A stretch of 38,094 bases of DNA from an uncultured Syntrophobacterales bacterium (lineage in GTDB: Bacteria > Desulfobacterota > Syntrophia > Syntrophales > UBA5619): positions 1 to 38,094 of the forward strand of contig CAIUXU010000189.1 in the NCBI GenBank assembly GCA_903903205.1. Direction: 5' to 3'. A program made the translations under genes and the position numbers. The first letter of the stretch is position 1. Each line of letters starts with the position of its first letter. The notes under the pieces were generated by a model. The model was given only the letters and a program-made list of their open reading frames with translations, did not search any database and was not told the DNA's origin. Below, in pieces: positions 7,914 to 17,195 of the stretch.

Positions 7914-10006
7914 AGATCGAAACCCTCAGCCGCCGCGACGCACCCGCGCCCCCGGAGATGAACTACCGCTCCGCGCCGTTTTCCGTCCGGGCGGACGGCC
8001 CGACGACGCTGGACGAAAAGAGCCGTTCCGTCGAGGTTGTCCTCTCCACGGAGAACCCGGCCACGGTGTACGACTACGACCGCGGCCGGATCAGCGAGGT
8101 CCTGCTGATGGACGGCGCGCAACTCCCGGAATCCCGGCAACTTGTCCTTTTGGACGCGCACAGCCGTTATGAAACCCAGGATGTGATCGGCTCCGTCCGC
8201 GAGATCCGCGTCGAGGGGGGGAAGATGGTCGGCCGTGCCTTCTTTTCGACGGCGCCAGAGGCCGAATCCGCCTGGACGAAGACCCGCGAGGGCCACCTGA
8301 CCGACTATTCGGTCGGCTACCGGGTGGACGAGTCGGTCTGGATCCCCGAAGGACAGACGTCTACCATCTCCGGCCGCACATTTTCCGGCCCGTTGCAGGT
8401 CTCCACGAAGTGGACCCCGCGCGAACTTTCCGCCGTACCGATCGGCGCAGATGCCGCCGCCAAGGCGCGCACCGACAATCAACCCATCAATCAACCCAAC
8501 AAGGAGGAAAAGATCATGGATCCCAAGTTACGAAGTTTTCTCGAAAGAAGCGGTATGTCGAAGACGGCGACCGAAGCGGAAGCCTGGCTCTTTTTGGAGA
8601 CCATCGGCAAGCGCGAAGAGGCCGCCCCGGCGACAGGAACAGCCCCCGCAACGATGCAGTCAGCCGCCCCGGACCTCGACAAGATCCGCACCGAGGCCAC
8701 CGGCAAGGAGCGCGACCGCATCCGCGAGATCGATGCGCTCTTGACCAAATACGAATGCCAGGAGCTGGCCCGCGAACTCATCGTCGGCGATCCCGGCAAG
8801 GAACCCCCGACGGTTGCCGACGCCCAGCGCAAGGTTTTGGACTCGCTCCAGACCAAAAGCGCGAAGCAGAACCCCGGCTTCGGCGGTGTCGTGATGGGCG
8901 CGGACGAGAAAGACAAGTTCCGGGCCGCCGCAAACGACGCCCTCGCGCTCCGCGCCGGCATGGAGATCAAGACCCCTGCCCAGGGCGCCCAGGATCTCCG
9001 GGGCTACACGCTGGTCGAAATGGCCCGCGAATGCCTGCGGATGGCCGGGATAAACCACCACGGCGGGACAAAGGAGATGGTCGGCCGCGCGCTCACCTCC
9101 TCCGATTTCCCGAACATCCTGGCGAACCTCGCCACGAAGTCGATGCAGCAGTCCTGGGAATCGGTCTCCGAGACCTGGCAGACCTGGTGCGGGATCGGCT
9201 CCGTCAGCGATTTTAAAACCTACTACGACAACGCCCTCTCCGAGCACGATGACCTGGAAGAGGTCCCCGACTCCGGCGAGATCAAATTCGGCAGCTACAG
9301 CGAGAAGACCCCCGAGACCTACAAGGCGGCCTCCTACGCAAAGAAGTTCCGGATCACCCGCGTCATGATCCTCAATGACGACATGGGCGCACTCACCGCC
9401 ATGCCCGCGCGCAGGGCGGAAGCGGCTGCCCGCAAGGTGGGCGACGTGGCCTACGCGGTGCTGACCGGCAACGGCGCGATGGGCGACGGACACGAGATCT
9501 TCGATGCGACCGACCACGCCAACGACGCCATCTCCGGCTATACCTCCGCCCCCGGCGTCACGAACATCGCCGAGGCGATCCGGGCGATGGGCGTCCAGAA
9601 GGATATCTCCGGGAAACGGCGGCTCAATATCCGCCCCGTGTTCTTCCTCGCCCCGAAGGCGCTGGAGGGCGTGTCGGAAGTTTTCTTCAAGTCCGAGCGG
9701 TTCTCCGACAACAGCACCGTGGCGACCGATTCCAGTTTCGCCTCGACCCGCGCAAACCCCTACAGCGGATCCTATTTCACCCGGATCTACGAGCCGCGCC
9801 TCGATGACGCTGACGCCTCCGGGTGGTATCTGATGGGGCCGAAGGGCCGCACCGTGAAGGTGGTCTTCCTCAACGGTCAGCAGGCGCCGACGATGGAGAT
9901 GAGGCAGCCCGGATTCACGATCGAGGGGTTCGAGTACCTGGTCGCAATCGACGCCGGCGCGTACGCGACCGATTACCGCGCCATGTACCGCAACCACGGC
10001 GAGTAG
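7910..10006 (+). CDS. Prohead protease - major capsid protein fusion (Mu gpT-like capsid domain)
   Basis: N-terminal HK97-type protease motifs (LLDAHS, YSVGY, ELSAVPIGAD); capsid motifs TSSDFPNIL, VSDFK, ITRVMILNDD and EPRLD. Confidence 0.9.
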   Translation: MKIETLSRRDAPAPPEMNYRSAPFSVRADGPTTLDEKSRSVEVVLSTENPATVYDYDRGRISEVLLMDGAQLPESRQLVLLDAHSRYETQDVIGSVREIRVEGGKMVGRAFFSTAPEAESAWTKTREGHLTDYSVGYRVDESVWIPEGQTSTISGRTFSGPLQVSTKWTPRELSAVPIGADAAAKARTDNQPINQPNKEEKIMDPKLRSFLERSGMSKTATEAEAWLFLETIGKREEAAPATGTAPATMQSAAPDLDKIRTEATGKERDRIREIDALLTKYECQELARELIVGDPGKEPPTVADAQRKVLDSLQTKSAKQNPGFGGVVMGADEKDKFRAAANDALALRAGMEIKTPAQGAQDLRGYTLVEMARECLRMAGINHHGGTKEMVGRALTSSDFPNILANLATKSMQQSWESVSETWQTWCGIGSVSDFKTYYDNALSEHDDLEEVPDSGEIKFGSYSEKTPETYKAASYAKKFRITRVMILNDDMGALTAMPARRAEAAARKVGDVAYAVLTGNGAMGDGHEIFDATDHANDAISGYTSAPGVTNIAEAIRAMGVQKDISGKRRLNIRPVFFLAPKALEGVSEVFFKSERFSDNSTVATDSSFASTRANPYSGSYFTRIYEPRLDDADASGWYLMGPKGRTVKVVFLNGQQAPTMEMRQPGFTIEGFEYLVAIDAGAYATDYRAMYRNHGE

Positions 10007-10083
10007 GCGGCGGACCATCCATCAACCGACAGGGGGGGACCGTTCCCGCCCATAGATGAACGAAAACAAGGAGGAACATCAAC

Positions 10084-10701
10084 ATGGCTACCAACAAAGT
10101 TCAGGATGGCAAAATTATTCGCCTAACCGTCGGTTCGACCGTCGATTCCGGCGATCCGGTTGTGGTCGGCAATGCCCTTCGCGGCGTCGCCCTGACCGAT
10201 TACGATTCCGCCGACGGCAAGGCGTCGGTTGAACTCGGCCCCGCGGTCTATGACCTCAGCGTCACCGCAACGGACGCCGCCGGAAACAGCGCCGTCGCGG
10301 TCGGCGACCGCCTCTATACCGACGGCACGACGATCACGAAAAAGCAGTCCGGAAAGTTCTTCGGCGTCGCGCTGGAAATCGTCACCACCGGCAGCACCGG
10401 GACGATCGAAGTCCTGGTCGGCGCTCCGAACGGTCCGGACCGGGCGTCGCATCAGGTATTCGCCGCGGGGATCAATGTCGTCAATGACAGTCCGCTGGCC
10501 GCTGCGGAGTTCATCCCGGTCACCGGGATTCTGGCGACGGATGTGGTGATCTGCACGTTGCACATAAACGGCGGATCGCCGAAGCTCACCATCGTTACGG
10601 TGACAGCGGCGGCTTCTCCCGCGGGCATCACGGTGACCGCCTCCGGAGTATTCACCGCCTCCGACGCGATCAACTACTGCGTCCTGCGGGCGGCCCTGTA
10701 G
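10084..10701 (+). CDS. DUF2190-like capsid cement/decoration protein with a C-terminal beta-rich extension
   Basis: MATNKVQDGKII..VDSGDPVVVG...GVAL directly after the capsid gene; about 85 extra C-terminal residues. Confidence 0.75.
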   Translation: MATNKVQDGKIIRLTVGSTVDSGDPVVVGNALRGVALTDYDSADGKASVELGPAVYDLSVTATDAAGNSAVAVGDRLYTDGTTITKKQSGKFFGVALEIVTTGSTGTIEVLVGAPNGPDRASHQVFAAGINVVNDSPLAAAEFIPVTGILATDVVICTLHINGGSPKLTIVTVTAAASPAGITVTASGVFTASDAINYCVLRAAL

Positions 10702-10708
10702 CAAGTAC

Positions 10709-10752
10709 GGAAAAGCGGGGAGAGGATGCTGCAAAAGTCGCCCCGCTTTTCC
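10709..10752 (+). terminator. Inverted repeat / terminator-like hairpin after the capsid-decoration genes
   Basis: Perfect 12-bp arms GGAAAAGCGGGG / CCCCGCTTTTCC separated by 20 nt. Confidence 0.55.
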
Positions 10753-10772
10753 CCACCAAAGGAGGCAAAGGC

Positions 10773-11102
10773 ATGTACAAGAATCACATCCTCAAAGCCC
10801 TGGCGAAGACCGAGGCCACCGGGGCGCAGACGCTCGGCAACCGGGGGTTTGAATACCTGCCCCACCATCAGATCCAGATCGAAGTCTCCGCGCAGCCGAG
10901 CGCCGGGACGTTGAAGATCGAATACCTCTCCCCCGGCTCAACGGAATATGTCGAGGTCTCGGGCAGTCCGGTGGCCCTGACGACCCTGAACAAAGCGGCC
11001 GCGTTTCGCCTGGATGACGTCTTTGTCGATTCGCTCAGGTTTACACCCACAAGTTTCGACGCAGACAAAACCTACAACGTCATCGTGACCAGCAACGAGT
11101 AG
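10773..11102 (+). CDS. Hypothetical beta-rich virion protein
   Basis: AAGGAGG RBS; head module; jelly-roll-like alternating pattern. Confidence 0.7.
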   Translation: MYKNHILKALAKTEATGAQTLGNRGFEYLPHHQIQIEVSAQPSAGTLKIEYLSPGSTEYVEVSGSPVALTTLNKAAAFRLDDVFVDSLRFTPTSFDADKTYNVIVTSNE

Positions 11103-11105
11103 CGA

Positions 11106-11255
11106 ATGAAAGACGACCCGATCCTCATCACCCCCGCCCTGCGGGAGATTTGTCTGACTCCGGCGGAGGCTGTCTCCGCGACGGCGACGCCGATCCGCGA
11201 CGAACTGGGCGGGATTCTTCGTGATGAGCAGGGGCTCCCTGTTCTGGAGGGTTGA
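11106..11255 (+). CDS. 49-aa hypothetical protein
   Basis: MKDDPILITPALREICL...IRDELGGILRDEQGLPVLEG*; exactly fills the gap between its neighbours. Confidence 0.55.
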   Translation: MKDDPILITPALREICLTPAEAVSATATPIRDELGGILRDEQGLPVLEG

Positions 11256-11257
11256 CC

Positions 11258-11566
11258 ATGGGACTTAGGGCCGTATTCGCCGCAGCCCTCCCCGGCATCT
11301 TCCAAGCCGCCGGCGAGGAGGCCTCTTTCGCCCCCGCGACGGGCGCCGCGATCCCCTGCATGGTCTTTATCGATTTTAACGTGCAGCTCCAGCCCGCGGG
11401 CCTCGAAACGCAGATCTGGCAGCGCGGGACAACGATCGAAGCCCTTCTCACCGAGATCCTCCGCGAGCCGGACCGCGGCGAAACCTTCACGGTGGACGGC
11501 ACGACCTACACGGTCCAGGCGATCCTCGAAAACGACGGGCTCACGGTCAAGGCGGTGGTTTCATGA
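11258..11566 (+). CDS. Head-tail joining protein (gpFII-like)
   Basis: GGAGG RBS; PDRGETFTVDGTTYTV...DG motif; neck position. Confidence 0.75.
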   Translation: MGLRAVFAAALPGIFQAAGEEASFAPATGAAIPCMVFIDFNVQLQPAGLETQIWQRGTTIEALLTEILREPDRGETFTVDGTTYTVQAILENDGLTVKAVVS

Positions 11567-12165
11567 TCACAGTCAAACTGAATCCCAAAGACGTGGAGGG
11601 CATAAAAAGCATGCTCTCCAAACTCACGCGCGACGAGGCGGACGCGGCGCTGGTGAGGGGGATCAACACGACAATGACCGGCGTCCGGACCGACGGCACG
11701 AAGATCCTCTATGATCACTATGCGCTGACGGCCACGGCGATCCGTGCTTCCTGGAATATCAGCAAGGCCAGATTCCGCGACCCCTCCGGCGTCATCTCCT
11801 GCCAGGGGACGTTTATCCGCCTGAAAGAGTTCGGCGCGATCGCAAACAAGGCCGGCGTCTCCGTCAAGGTGCTGCGAGAGAATCCGCGCAAGACCATCAA
11901 ACACGCCTTTTTCGCGAAACTGAAACAAAACGACCAGGTTTACTGGCGGAAATACAACGGCCCCCGCTCGAAGATGGTCGCCAACAAGGGCTATTACGCG
12001 AATTTGCCGTTTCAGTACCGCTTCCCGGTCGAAGCGCTTTATGGCCCACGCATCCAGGATTATCTGGGCGATCCGCAGATCATCGGCACACTGGAGAACA
12101 TGGCCGGCGAGCGGATCAGCAAGAACATGGAACGTGAAATTGACGCGATCCTGAGGGGGTTTTAG
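11563..12165 (+). CDS. Tail completion protein, lambda gpZ-like
   Basis: Basic; ALVRGIN, GVSVKV...IKHAF and RFPVEALYGPRI motifs. Confidence 0.75.
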   Translation: MITVKLNPKDVEGIKSMLSKLTRDEADAALVRGINTTMTGVRTDGTKILYDHYALTATAIRASWNISKARFRDPSGVISCQGTFIRLKEFGAIANKAGVSVKVLRENPRKTIKHAFFAKLKQNDQVYWRKYNGPRSKMVANKGYYANLPFQYRFPVEALYGPRIQDYLGDPQIIGTLENMAGERISKNMEREIDAILRGF

Positions 12166-12669
12166 ATGGCGAACACCATCCGCGAGTTGATCGTTCAGGA
12201 GTTCATCGCGCGCGCCGCGGTCATGCGCCACGTCGATTCACCCGCCTCCGGCTACGAGACGGAGATCGGCGAAACGGTTCTCCGCGCCCGTCCGAAGGTC
12301 GATCCGGATGATCTCCCCTGCTGTGTCGTCTGGCCGCAGCCCGAGACGGGGGGAAACCTCCACGGCCGCTCCCGCCATGTGATGCCGGTCAAAATCGAGG
12401 GGCTCGCCATGTTCGGGTCGGAGAATCCCTCCGTCGTTTCGGAGCGCATCCTGGGCGACATGATCAAGTGCTTCACGTCGCCCTCCTGGGATCGCCGCCG
12501 GGCGGTTGCCGGATCGCCTGCGACCTACCTCGACCCCTATGCCGAATCGATCCTCTACCAGGGCGGCGGGACGGAATCCGCGCCGGAAGACGGCGCCGTC
12601 TCCATCGGCGTCCAGGCAACGTTTCTGATCACCTACTACACCGCGATCGGAGATCCATATACGCCATGA
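12166..12669 (+). CDS. Tail terminator protein (gpU-like)
   Basis: TIRELIV...DDLPCCVVW...ITYYTAIGDPY; follows the gpZ-like gene. Confidence 0.7.
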   Translation: MANTIRELIVQEFIARAAVMRHVDSPASGYETEIGETVLRARPKVDPDDLPCCVVWPQPETGGNLHGRSRHVMPVKIEGLAMFGSENPSVVSERILGDMIKCFTSPSWDRRRAVAGSPATYLDPYAESILYQGGGTESAPEDGAVSIGVQATFLITYYTAIGDPYTP

Positions 12670-13178
12670 ACGAGCCGACAAACCACCTCATCATCACCGG
12701 CTCCGCCCCGGATGTGCTGATCGACATCGCAGGTGTTCCGCGCGTCTGTTCGTATGACTTCATGGCCATCGGCCTTGACGCCGTTGCAAAATACGCCTGG
12801 CCGATCAAATATATGGCTACCTACCATCCTGTCGAGATCCCCGAGATTCGCAAACGGCGGGAGCAGGCGGGCGGCAATACCGACTATCGGGTCGTATCGA
12901 TGGAGGCCCGCGACGGCGTGGACATCGTCGAACCGTTCCGCCCCCCCTCCGGATCGAGCTCGCTCCTCGGCGTGCTGGCCGCCCTCCGGATGGGATACCG
13001 CCGGATCATCCTCTGCGGTTGCCCACTGATCGGGAAGAATGCCGCCGCCGGCAATTACGAAACCTTCCAGGCGGGATGGATCGAGCGGGCCGATGAATTT
13101 CAGGACCGCGTCCGCTCGATGTCCGGATGGACAAAAAAATATTTGGGCCGACCAACGGAGGAATGGCTGAATGGCTGA
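12666..13178 (+). CDS. Putative glycosyltransferase, Maf/CstII (GT42)-like fold
   Basis: N-terminal IITGSAP and C-terminal SGSSSLLGVLAALRMGYRRIILCGCPL match the G-S/N-x-P ... S...A..MGY..I.L.G pattern of Maf/sialyltransferase-like enzymes; ATGA-coupled to the upstream gene. Confidence 0.55.
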   Translation: MNEPTNHLIITGSAPDVLIDIAGVPRVCSYDFMAIGLDAVAKYAWPIKYMATYHPVEIPEIRKRREQAGGNTDYRVVSMEARDGVDIVEPFRPPSGSSSLLGVLAALRMGYRRIILCGCPLIGKNAAAGNYETFQAGWIERADEFQDRVRSMSGWTKKYLGRPTEEWLNG

Positions 13179-13806
13179 TATCACCATCTGCTGCATCAAA
13201 TGGGGCACAAAATACGGCCCCGAATACGTCAACAAACTCTATGCGATGGTGCGGAGAAACGTCCTCTGCGTCCCGCACGATTTTGTCTGCTTCACCGAAG
13301 ACCCCACCGGAATCGATCCGGAGATCCGCATCGCCCCGCTTCCGTGCGTTCATCCGGCCTGGTGGCAAAAGGTCGGCCTGTTCCAGGAGAGAATTCCGGG
13401 CGTCGATACAGCGAAGATCTTCTTTATCGATCTCGACATGGTCATCGTCTCGGAAATAGACGCCATGCTCGAATATGATTCCGATTTCACAATCATGCGC
13501 AACTGGCCTCCGGAGATGCACGGGGACGACAACAGCTATATGACCGCCGCTTTCCTGCTCAAAGTGGGAGCGCAGCCGAATGCGTGGCGGTTTTTTGAGC
13601 CCCGCGTGATGCGGGAATATCCCTCCGACCAGGAGTGGATCACCGCCTCCGCCCCCGGCGCCGACCTGTTTCCGTATGACTGGACCCCCAGCTACAAACT
13701 GCGACGCCTGCAAGACCATATCCCGCCCGAGGCGAAGATCGTGGCCTTCCACGGCCTTCCCCGGCCCCACCAGTGCGGCGGATGGGTCAAGGAGTATTGG
13801 AAATGA
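13171..13806 (+). CDS. GT-A glycosyltransferase (GT8-like)
   Basis: CIKWGTKYGPEYVNKL, FVCFTED, WWQKVGLF, FFIDLDMVI (DxD), SDQEWI and IVAFHGLPRPH. Confidence 0.85.
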   Translation: MADITICCIKWGTKYGPEYVNKLYAMVRRNVLCVPHDFVCFTEDPTGIDPEIRIAPLPCVHPAWWQKVGLFQERIPGVDTAKIFFIDLDMVIVSEIDAMLEYDSDFTIMRNWPPEMHGDDNSYMTAAFLLKVGAQPNAWRFFEPRVMREYPSDQEWITASAPGADLFPYDWTPSYKLRRLQDHIPPEAKIVAFHGLPRPHQCGGWVKEYWK

Positions 13807-14369
13807 CGACACGCGAGGCATTCCGCGAGGTTTGGGAAAAGGGCGACTATCGCCAGGGATCGACGGCCCAGCGTCTCGTGCCATTTCTCGCCGATCACAT
13901 CCCCCAGGGCAGCGTGATCAATGACTATGGCGCCGGAACGGGTCGCGCGGAAGTGCAGCTTTCCGCTCGCGGATACCGTGTGAACATGGTCGATATCGCC
14001 GACAATGCCCTGGAAGACGCCGCCCGCGCGCTGATTGGAAACGGGATCACGCACACCATCGCGCCGCTCGATGCGCTTCCGGCCGATTTTCCCGTCGCCG
14101 ACTGGGGTATCTGCATCAACGTCCTGATGTTGGTGGACCCCGACCGCCTCGACGCGATACTTGCCGAGATGCGCCGCACCTGCCGGAATCTGATTGTCGA
14201 GGTGTATGACATGGACGATGTCCGTCTGGGTAGAAACTGGACAACGATCAAGGGAGACGCGGCATGGTGGGCCGCGAAGCTGTCAAATCACTGGCCCGTC
14301 GTGGAATCCCTGGAGAGTCCGGAGCATCCGCGGCGGTATATCACGATCGGAAAGTCAACGGAGAAATAA
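13803..14369 (+). CDS. Class I SAM-dependent methyltransferase
   Basis: INDYGAGTGR (motif I), VNMVDIADNAL (motif II), ADWGICINVL; ATGA-coupled to the GT gene. Confidence 0.85.
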   Translation: MTTREAFREVWEKGDYRQGSTAQRLVPFLADHIPQGSVINDYGAGTGRAEVQLSARGYRVNMVDIADNALEDAARALIGNGITHTIAPLDALPADFPVADWGICINVLMLVDPDRLDAILAEMRRTCRNLIVEVYDMDDVRLGRNWTTIKGDAAWWAAKLSNHWPVVESLESPEHPRRYITIGKSTEK

Positions 14370-14416
14370 CAGAGAGCAGGGCGCCGGTCCTGCCAAACAC
14401 AAAGGAGGATGTACCC

Positions 14417-15448
14417 ATGAGCACCGCCGAAAATGCAAAGATCCAATATGAGTCCGGGCAAGACCTCGTTTCGTTTCTCGCCATCACCGACCAGGGAGAC
14501 CACAAGGATTTCCGGAGCGCCGATCCGCTCTGGTCGAACCGGGCAGGATATGAACCGGATGTGAAACCGAACGGCCTGGCCACCGGGGGAACGGTCTCCG
14601 TCGCCGCCAGCGGAACCAGTGACGTCGTCGATGTCACGGCGCTGACCACGTACCTGGCAGGGGTCTTGACGTCCGTGATCGCGGGAACCAACAAGGCCGT
14701 CACCCGCGGAACCGCTTCCCCGGTCGCACCCTGCAAAAAATCATCGATCACCATCACCGGCGCCGGTGCGATTGCCGTGGTGGCCGGGCTTGAGGGCGCC
14801 GCTTTCTCCACCACGCGCGGCGCGGCGGGCGGCCCCCCCTACATCCTGCCGACCTCAGTCGAGATCTGCCAGATTTGGCTCTCCTCCGCAGCATCATCCG
14901 CGGTAACAGCTTCCGAAATCAAGCAGGTCGTCGGCACCCACTGCGAGCGCTACGACTACCCCACCTGGGAAGAGAATCGATTCAACGTCGAAAGCGGCGT
15001 CATCGGGAATGCTGGCATCACGTTCGCATCGGCGCTTCCCCTGATCCACTCCGCCGCCTCCCCCGTCGTCGGCGTGCCCAAGGCGGTCTATGCCCAGTAT
15101 TACGAACCGGCCTTTACCGACGTCCCGAAATCCGACGCCTTTGTCCCCCCGGAGACCAGCAACTCGGTCAGCTCCAAACAGATTTATGGGACGACGCTCG
15201 GCTCCTCCAGCTCTTCCCTGGGCCAGGGGTCGTTTACCGCCTACCTGCAGGACGGCATTGCGGATGGCATTCTGGCACTAAAGAACATGAATTTGTTCTT
15301 CAAGTTTTTCCAGAACAAACTGAATTCCACGCCTTACCTGGTCATGCAGGGCAAGCTCGGCATCTCCAGGGCGTTCCCCGCAGGCGACCAGATCACCGCA
15401 GCCTGCACGATCTCCGCAGAGTCCGCCGCCGCCGAAGTCACCGGGTAA
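14417..15448 (+). CDS. Probable major tail (tube) protein
   Basis: AAGGAGG RBS; 343 aa, Ser/Thr/Ala/Gly-rich; immediately precedes the frameshifting tail chaperone. Confidence 0.7.
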   Translation: MSTAENAKIQYESGQDLVSFLAITDQGDHKDFRSADPLWSNRAGYEPDVKPNGLATGGTVSVAASGTSDVVDVTALTTYLAGVLTSVIAGTNKAVTRGTASPVAPCKKSSITITGAGAIAVVAGLEGAAFSTTRGAAGGPPYILPTSVEICQIWLSSAASSAVTASEIKQVVGTHCERYDYPTWEENRFNVESGVIGNAGITFASALPLIHSAASPVVGVPKAVYAQYYEPAFTDVPKSDAFVPPETSNSVSSKQIYGTTLGSSSSSLGQGSFTAYLQDGIADGILALKNMNLFFKFFQNKLNSTPYLVMQGKLGISRAFPAGDQITAACTISAESAAAEVTG

Positions 15449-15463
15449 CCGGAATGATGCGAA

Positions 15464-15537
15464 GGGGACAAAATGAGCGAAGGGGGACATGACCCGTATG
15501 CGTTGCATCCGGGATCGTGTCCCCCGAAGCGGTCCCC
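15464..15537 (+). other. Long structured intergenic hairpin
   Basis: GGGGAC/GTCCCC outer stem, GC/GC with a GAA/GAA internal loop, 11-bp GGGGGACATGA/TCGTGTCCCCC, then CCCG/CGGG and ATGC/GCAT. Confidence 0.55.
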
Positions 15538-15591
15538 CGGAGCCTAACCATGAGCAGGCGCAAGCCAGCAAAGCGATATTTCGGAGGCCGT

Positions 15592-16104
15592 ATGCCCTTT
15601 GATTCCAAGAAGTTCCTCAAAACGAAGTGGACCCCCCGAACCGAGGAGGTCCCGGTCCCCGATCTGGCCGCCTTCTTTCCGGCGGGCGCGAAACCCGTCT
15701 GGACGGTCCGTGGACTAACCGGGCACGAGCTCGGCCGGGCAAACGAGGCGTCCGAGCGGAACAAGAACGTCGCCGCAATCCTGGAGGGGATCGCCTCGGG
15801 CGCGTCCAAGGAGCAGACCGAGGCGGTCAAGGAACTGCTCGGCCTCGGCGGCTCTACACCGCAGGACATCGCCAAGCGCCTGGAGCACCTGTCGATCGGC
15901 AGCGTCGACCCCGTATGCGCCCCGGATCTGGCCATCCGCCTCTGCGAGACCTACCCGGTGGAGTTCTTCCAGATCACGAACCGGATCGTACAGTTGACCG
16001 GGCAGGGTCAACTGCCGGGAAAACAGCCGCCCTCTGGAGGGACGCCGAAGTCCGATCCTGCCTCGCCCTCGGTTACGCCAGAGGGCGCTTCCTCTACGAG
16101 TTGA
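15592..16104 (+). CDS. Tail assembly chaperone (gpG analogue)
   Basis: GGAGG RBS at ATG 15592; after the tube gene; contains a slippery site followed by a low-complexity tail. Confidence 0.8.
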   Translation: MPFDSKKFLKTKWTPRTEEVPVPDLAAFFPAGAKPVWTVRGLTGHELGRANEASERNKNVAAILEGIASGASKEQTEAVKELLGLGGSTPQDIAKRLEHLSIGSVDPVCAPDLAIRLCETYPVEFFQITNRIVQLTGQGQLPGKQPPSGGTPKSDPASPSVTPEGASSTS

Positions 16105-16181
16105 GGCCGGATCTTTTCCCCCAGGGTTTCCTGACGCGGACCGAGCTTGAACTCTGGGAAAAATACTACAAAGGACTCTAA
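16017..16181 (+). CDS. -1 frameshift extension (gpGT analogue) starting at slippery heptamer G GGA AAA (16017-16023)
   Basis: 0-frame CCG GGA AAA; the -1 frame is open to TAA 16181 (KTAALWRDAEVRSCLAL...LTRTELELWEKYYKGL); canonical XXXYYYZ. Confidence 0.8.
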   Translation, partial: GKTAALWRDAEVRSCLALGYARGRFLYELRPDLFPQGFLTRTELELWEKYYKGL

Positions 16182-16378
16182 TGGAAGCCATTCTGAGCAT
16201 CACTTCGATTAACGGCAGGGTCGTGGAACGCATCCGGGAACGATATACCAATGACGACGAGATCAGGATGCTGCGGAGCAAGCCGAACGCGGAAACGGCG
16301 GCCTACCACGATTGGGTCGAGGAGTGCCTTTATTGGGGGCGACTGGAAAAGGCTAATTTAGGGCTGGAACTGGCATGA
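16181..16378 (+). CDS. 65-aa paralog of the C-terminal half of 29159-29572
   Basis: 36/53 identical residues by manual alignment (RVVERIRERY..DEIRMLR..DWVEEC..WGR.EK..LGL). Confidence 0.8.
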   Translation: MEAILSITSINGRVVERIRERYTNDDEIRMLRSKPNAETAAYHDWVEECLYWGRLEKANLGLELA

Positions 16379-16599
16379 CAGCGCAAGAGAATAAAGACAA
16401 CACCTGGAATATATGGGCAAAAAAGGTTCTCAGCGATATCGAGCGGATGGAAGAGAAGCTGGAACTTCTCACGGCAGAATTGGCCAAGTGTTGCTCTGCT
16501 ATAGAGGTGTTAAAAGCTCAGGCGGTCATCATCGGCGGAATCGGCGGAACTCTATCCGCCCTGGCAGTGAGCCTGATTGTGAGGCATCTCTATGGATAA
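16375..16599 (+). CDS. Holin/XhlA-like small protein (coiled coil + C-terminal TM)
   Basis: Heptad region followed by AVIIGGIGGTLSALAVSLIV. Confidence 0.6.
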   Translation: MTAQENKDNTWNIWAKKVLSDIERMEEKLELLTAELAKCCSAIEVLKAQAVIIGGIGGTLSALAVSLIVRHLYG

Positions 16600-16617
16600 G
16601 AAAGAGGATACTTACTG

Positions 16618-16875
16618 ATGGCAGAACCCACTTTGCGACAACTTACTGACTTGCTGATCCGAACCGACGAGGACCTGCGTTGCCATCAAGAAGAGCTGTA
16701 CGCTCAATCGCAGGAACTCCGTGAAATGCAAAAGCGACTGGCGGTGATCATGCTGGCGCGGGTCGAAGATTTGGTAATGGTGCGGGAAGAAATCAAGATT
16801 GAAATCTGGAAATCCGCACTGCTGAGAGTGCAGAAAACCCAGGGGGTGCGGCATGAGTCGCCTGATACCGTCTGA
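16618..16875 (+). CDS. Hypothetical coiled-coil protein
   Basis: GAGG RBS; helical heptads. Confidence 0.6.
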   Translation: MAEPTLRQLTDLLIRTDEDLRCHQEELYAQSQELREMQKRLAVIMLARVEDLVMVREEIKIEIWKSALLRVQKTQGVRHESPDTV

Positions 16876-17041
16876 GTGCCCGTACTGCGGACAGGCATCT
16901 GTGATCACGCACACGACATGCGAGGAAACAATCTACCGCTGCCAGGGCTGTCTGGACCACTGGACATATCACAACAGGAGACAACGTGGAGAAAAGGCTA
17001 AAATGCCCTCTGTGCCGCAGCTTAAATCTGACGCGGTATGA
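16853..17041 (+). CDS. Small zinc-ribbon protein
   Basis: CPYCG...YRCQGC. Confidence 0.55.
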   Translation: MSRLIPSECPYCGQASVITHTTCEETIYRCQGCLDHWTYHNRRQRGEKAKMPSVPQLKSDAV

Positions 17042-17195
17042 CGCGGAGGAGAAGACATACGAACTGATCACCTGTGATGACTGCAAACTGATTTGGAAGA
17101 AATTACTGACAGGGCGCTGGGTGGACCCGCTTACAGGCAACGCACGAGGGGATGTGCTGCTGGAGATGCCACATGATGATCTACTACCAGGATAA
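16986..17195 (+). CDS. Small zinc-ribbon protein
   Basis: AGGAG RBS, GTG start; LKCPLC...ITCDDC. Confidence 0.6.
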   Translation: MEKRLKCPLCRSLNLTRYDAEEKTYELITCDDCKLIWKKLLTGRWVDPLTGNARGDVLLEMPHDDLLPG

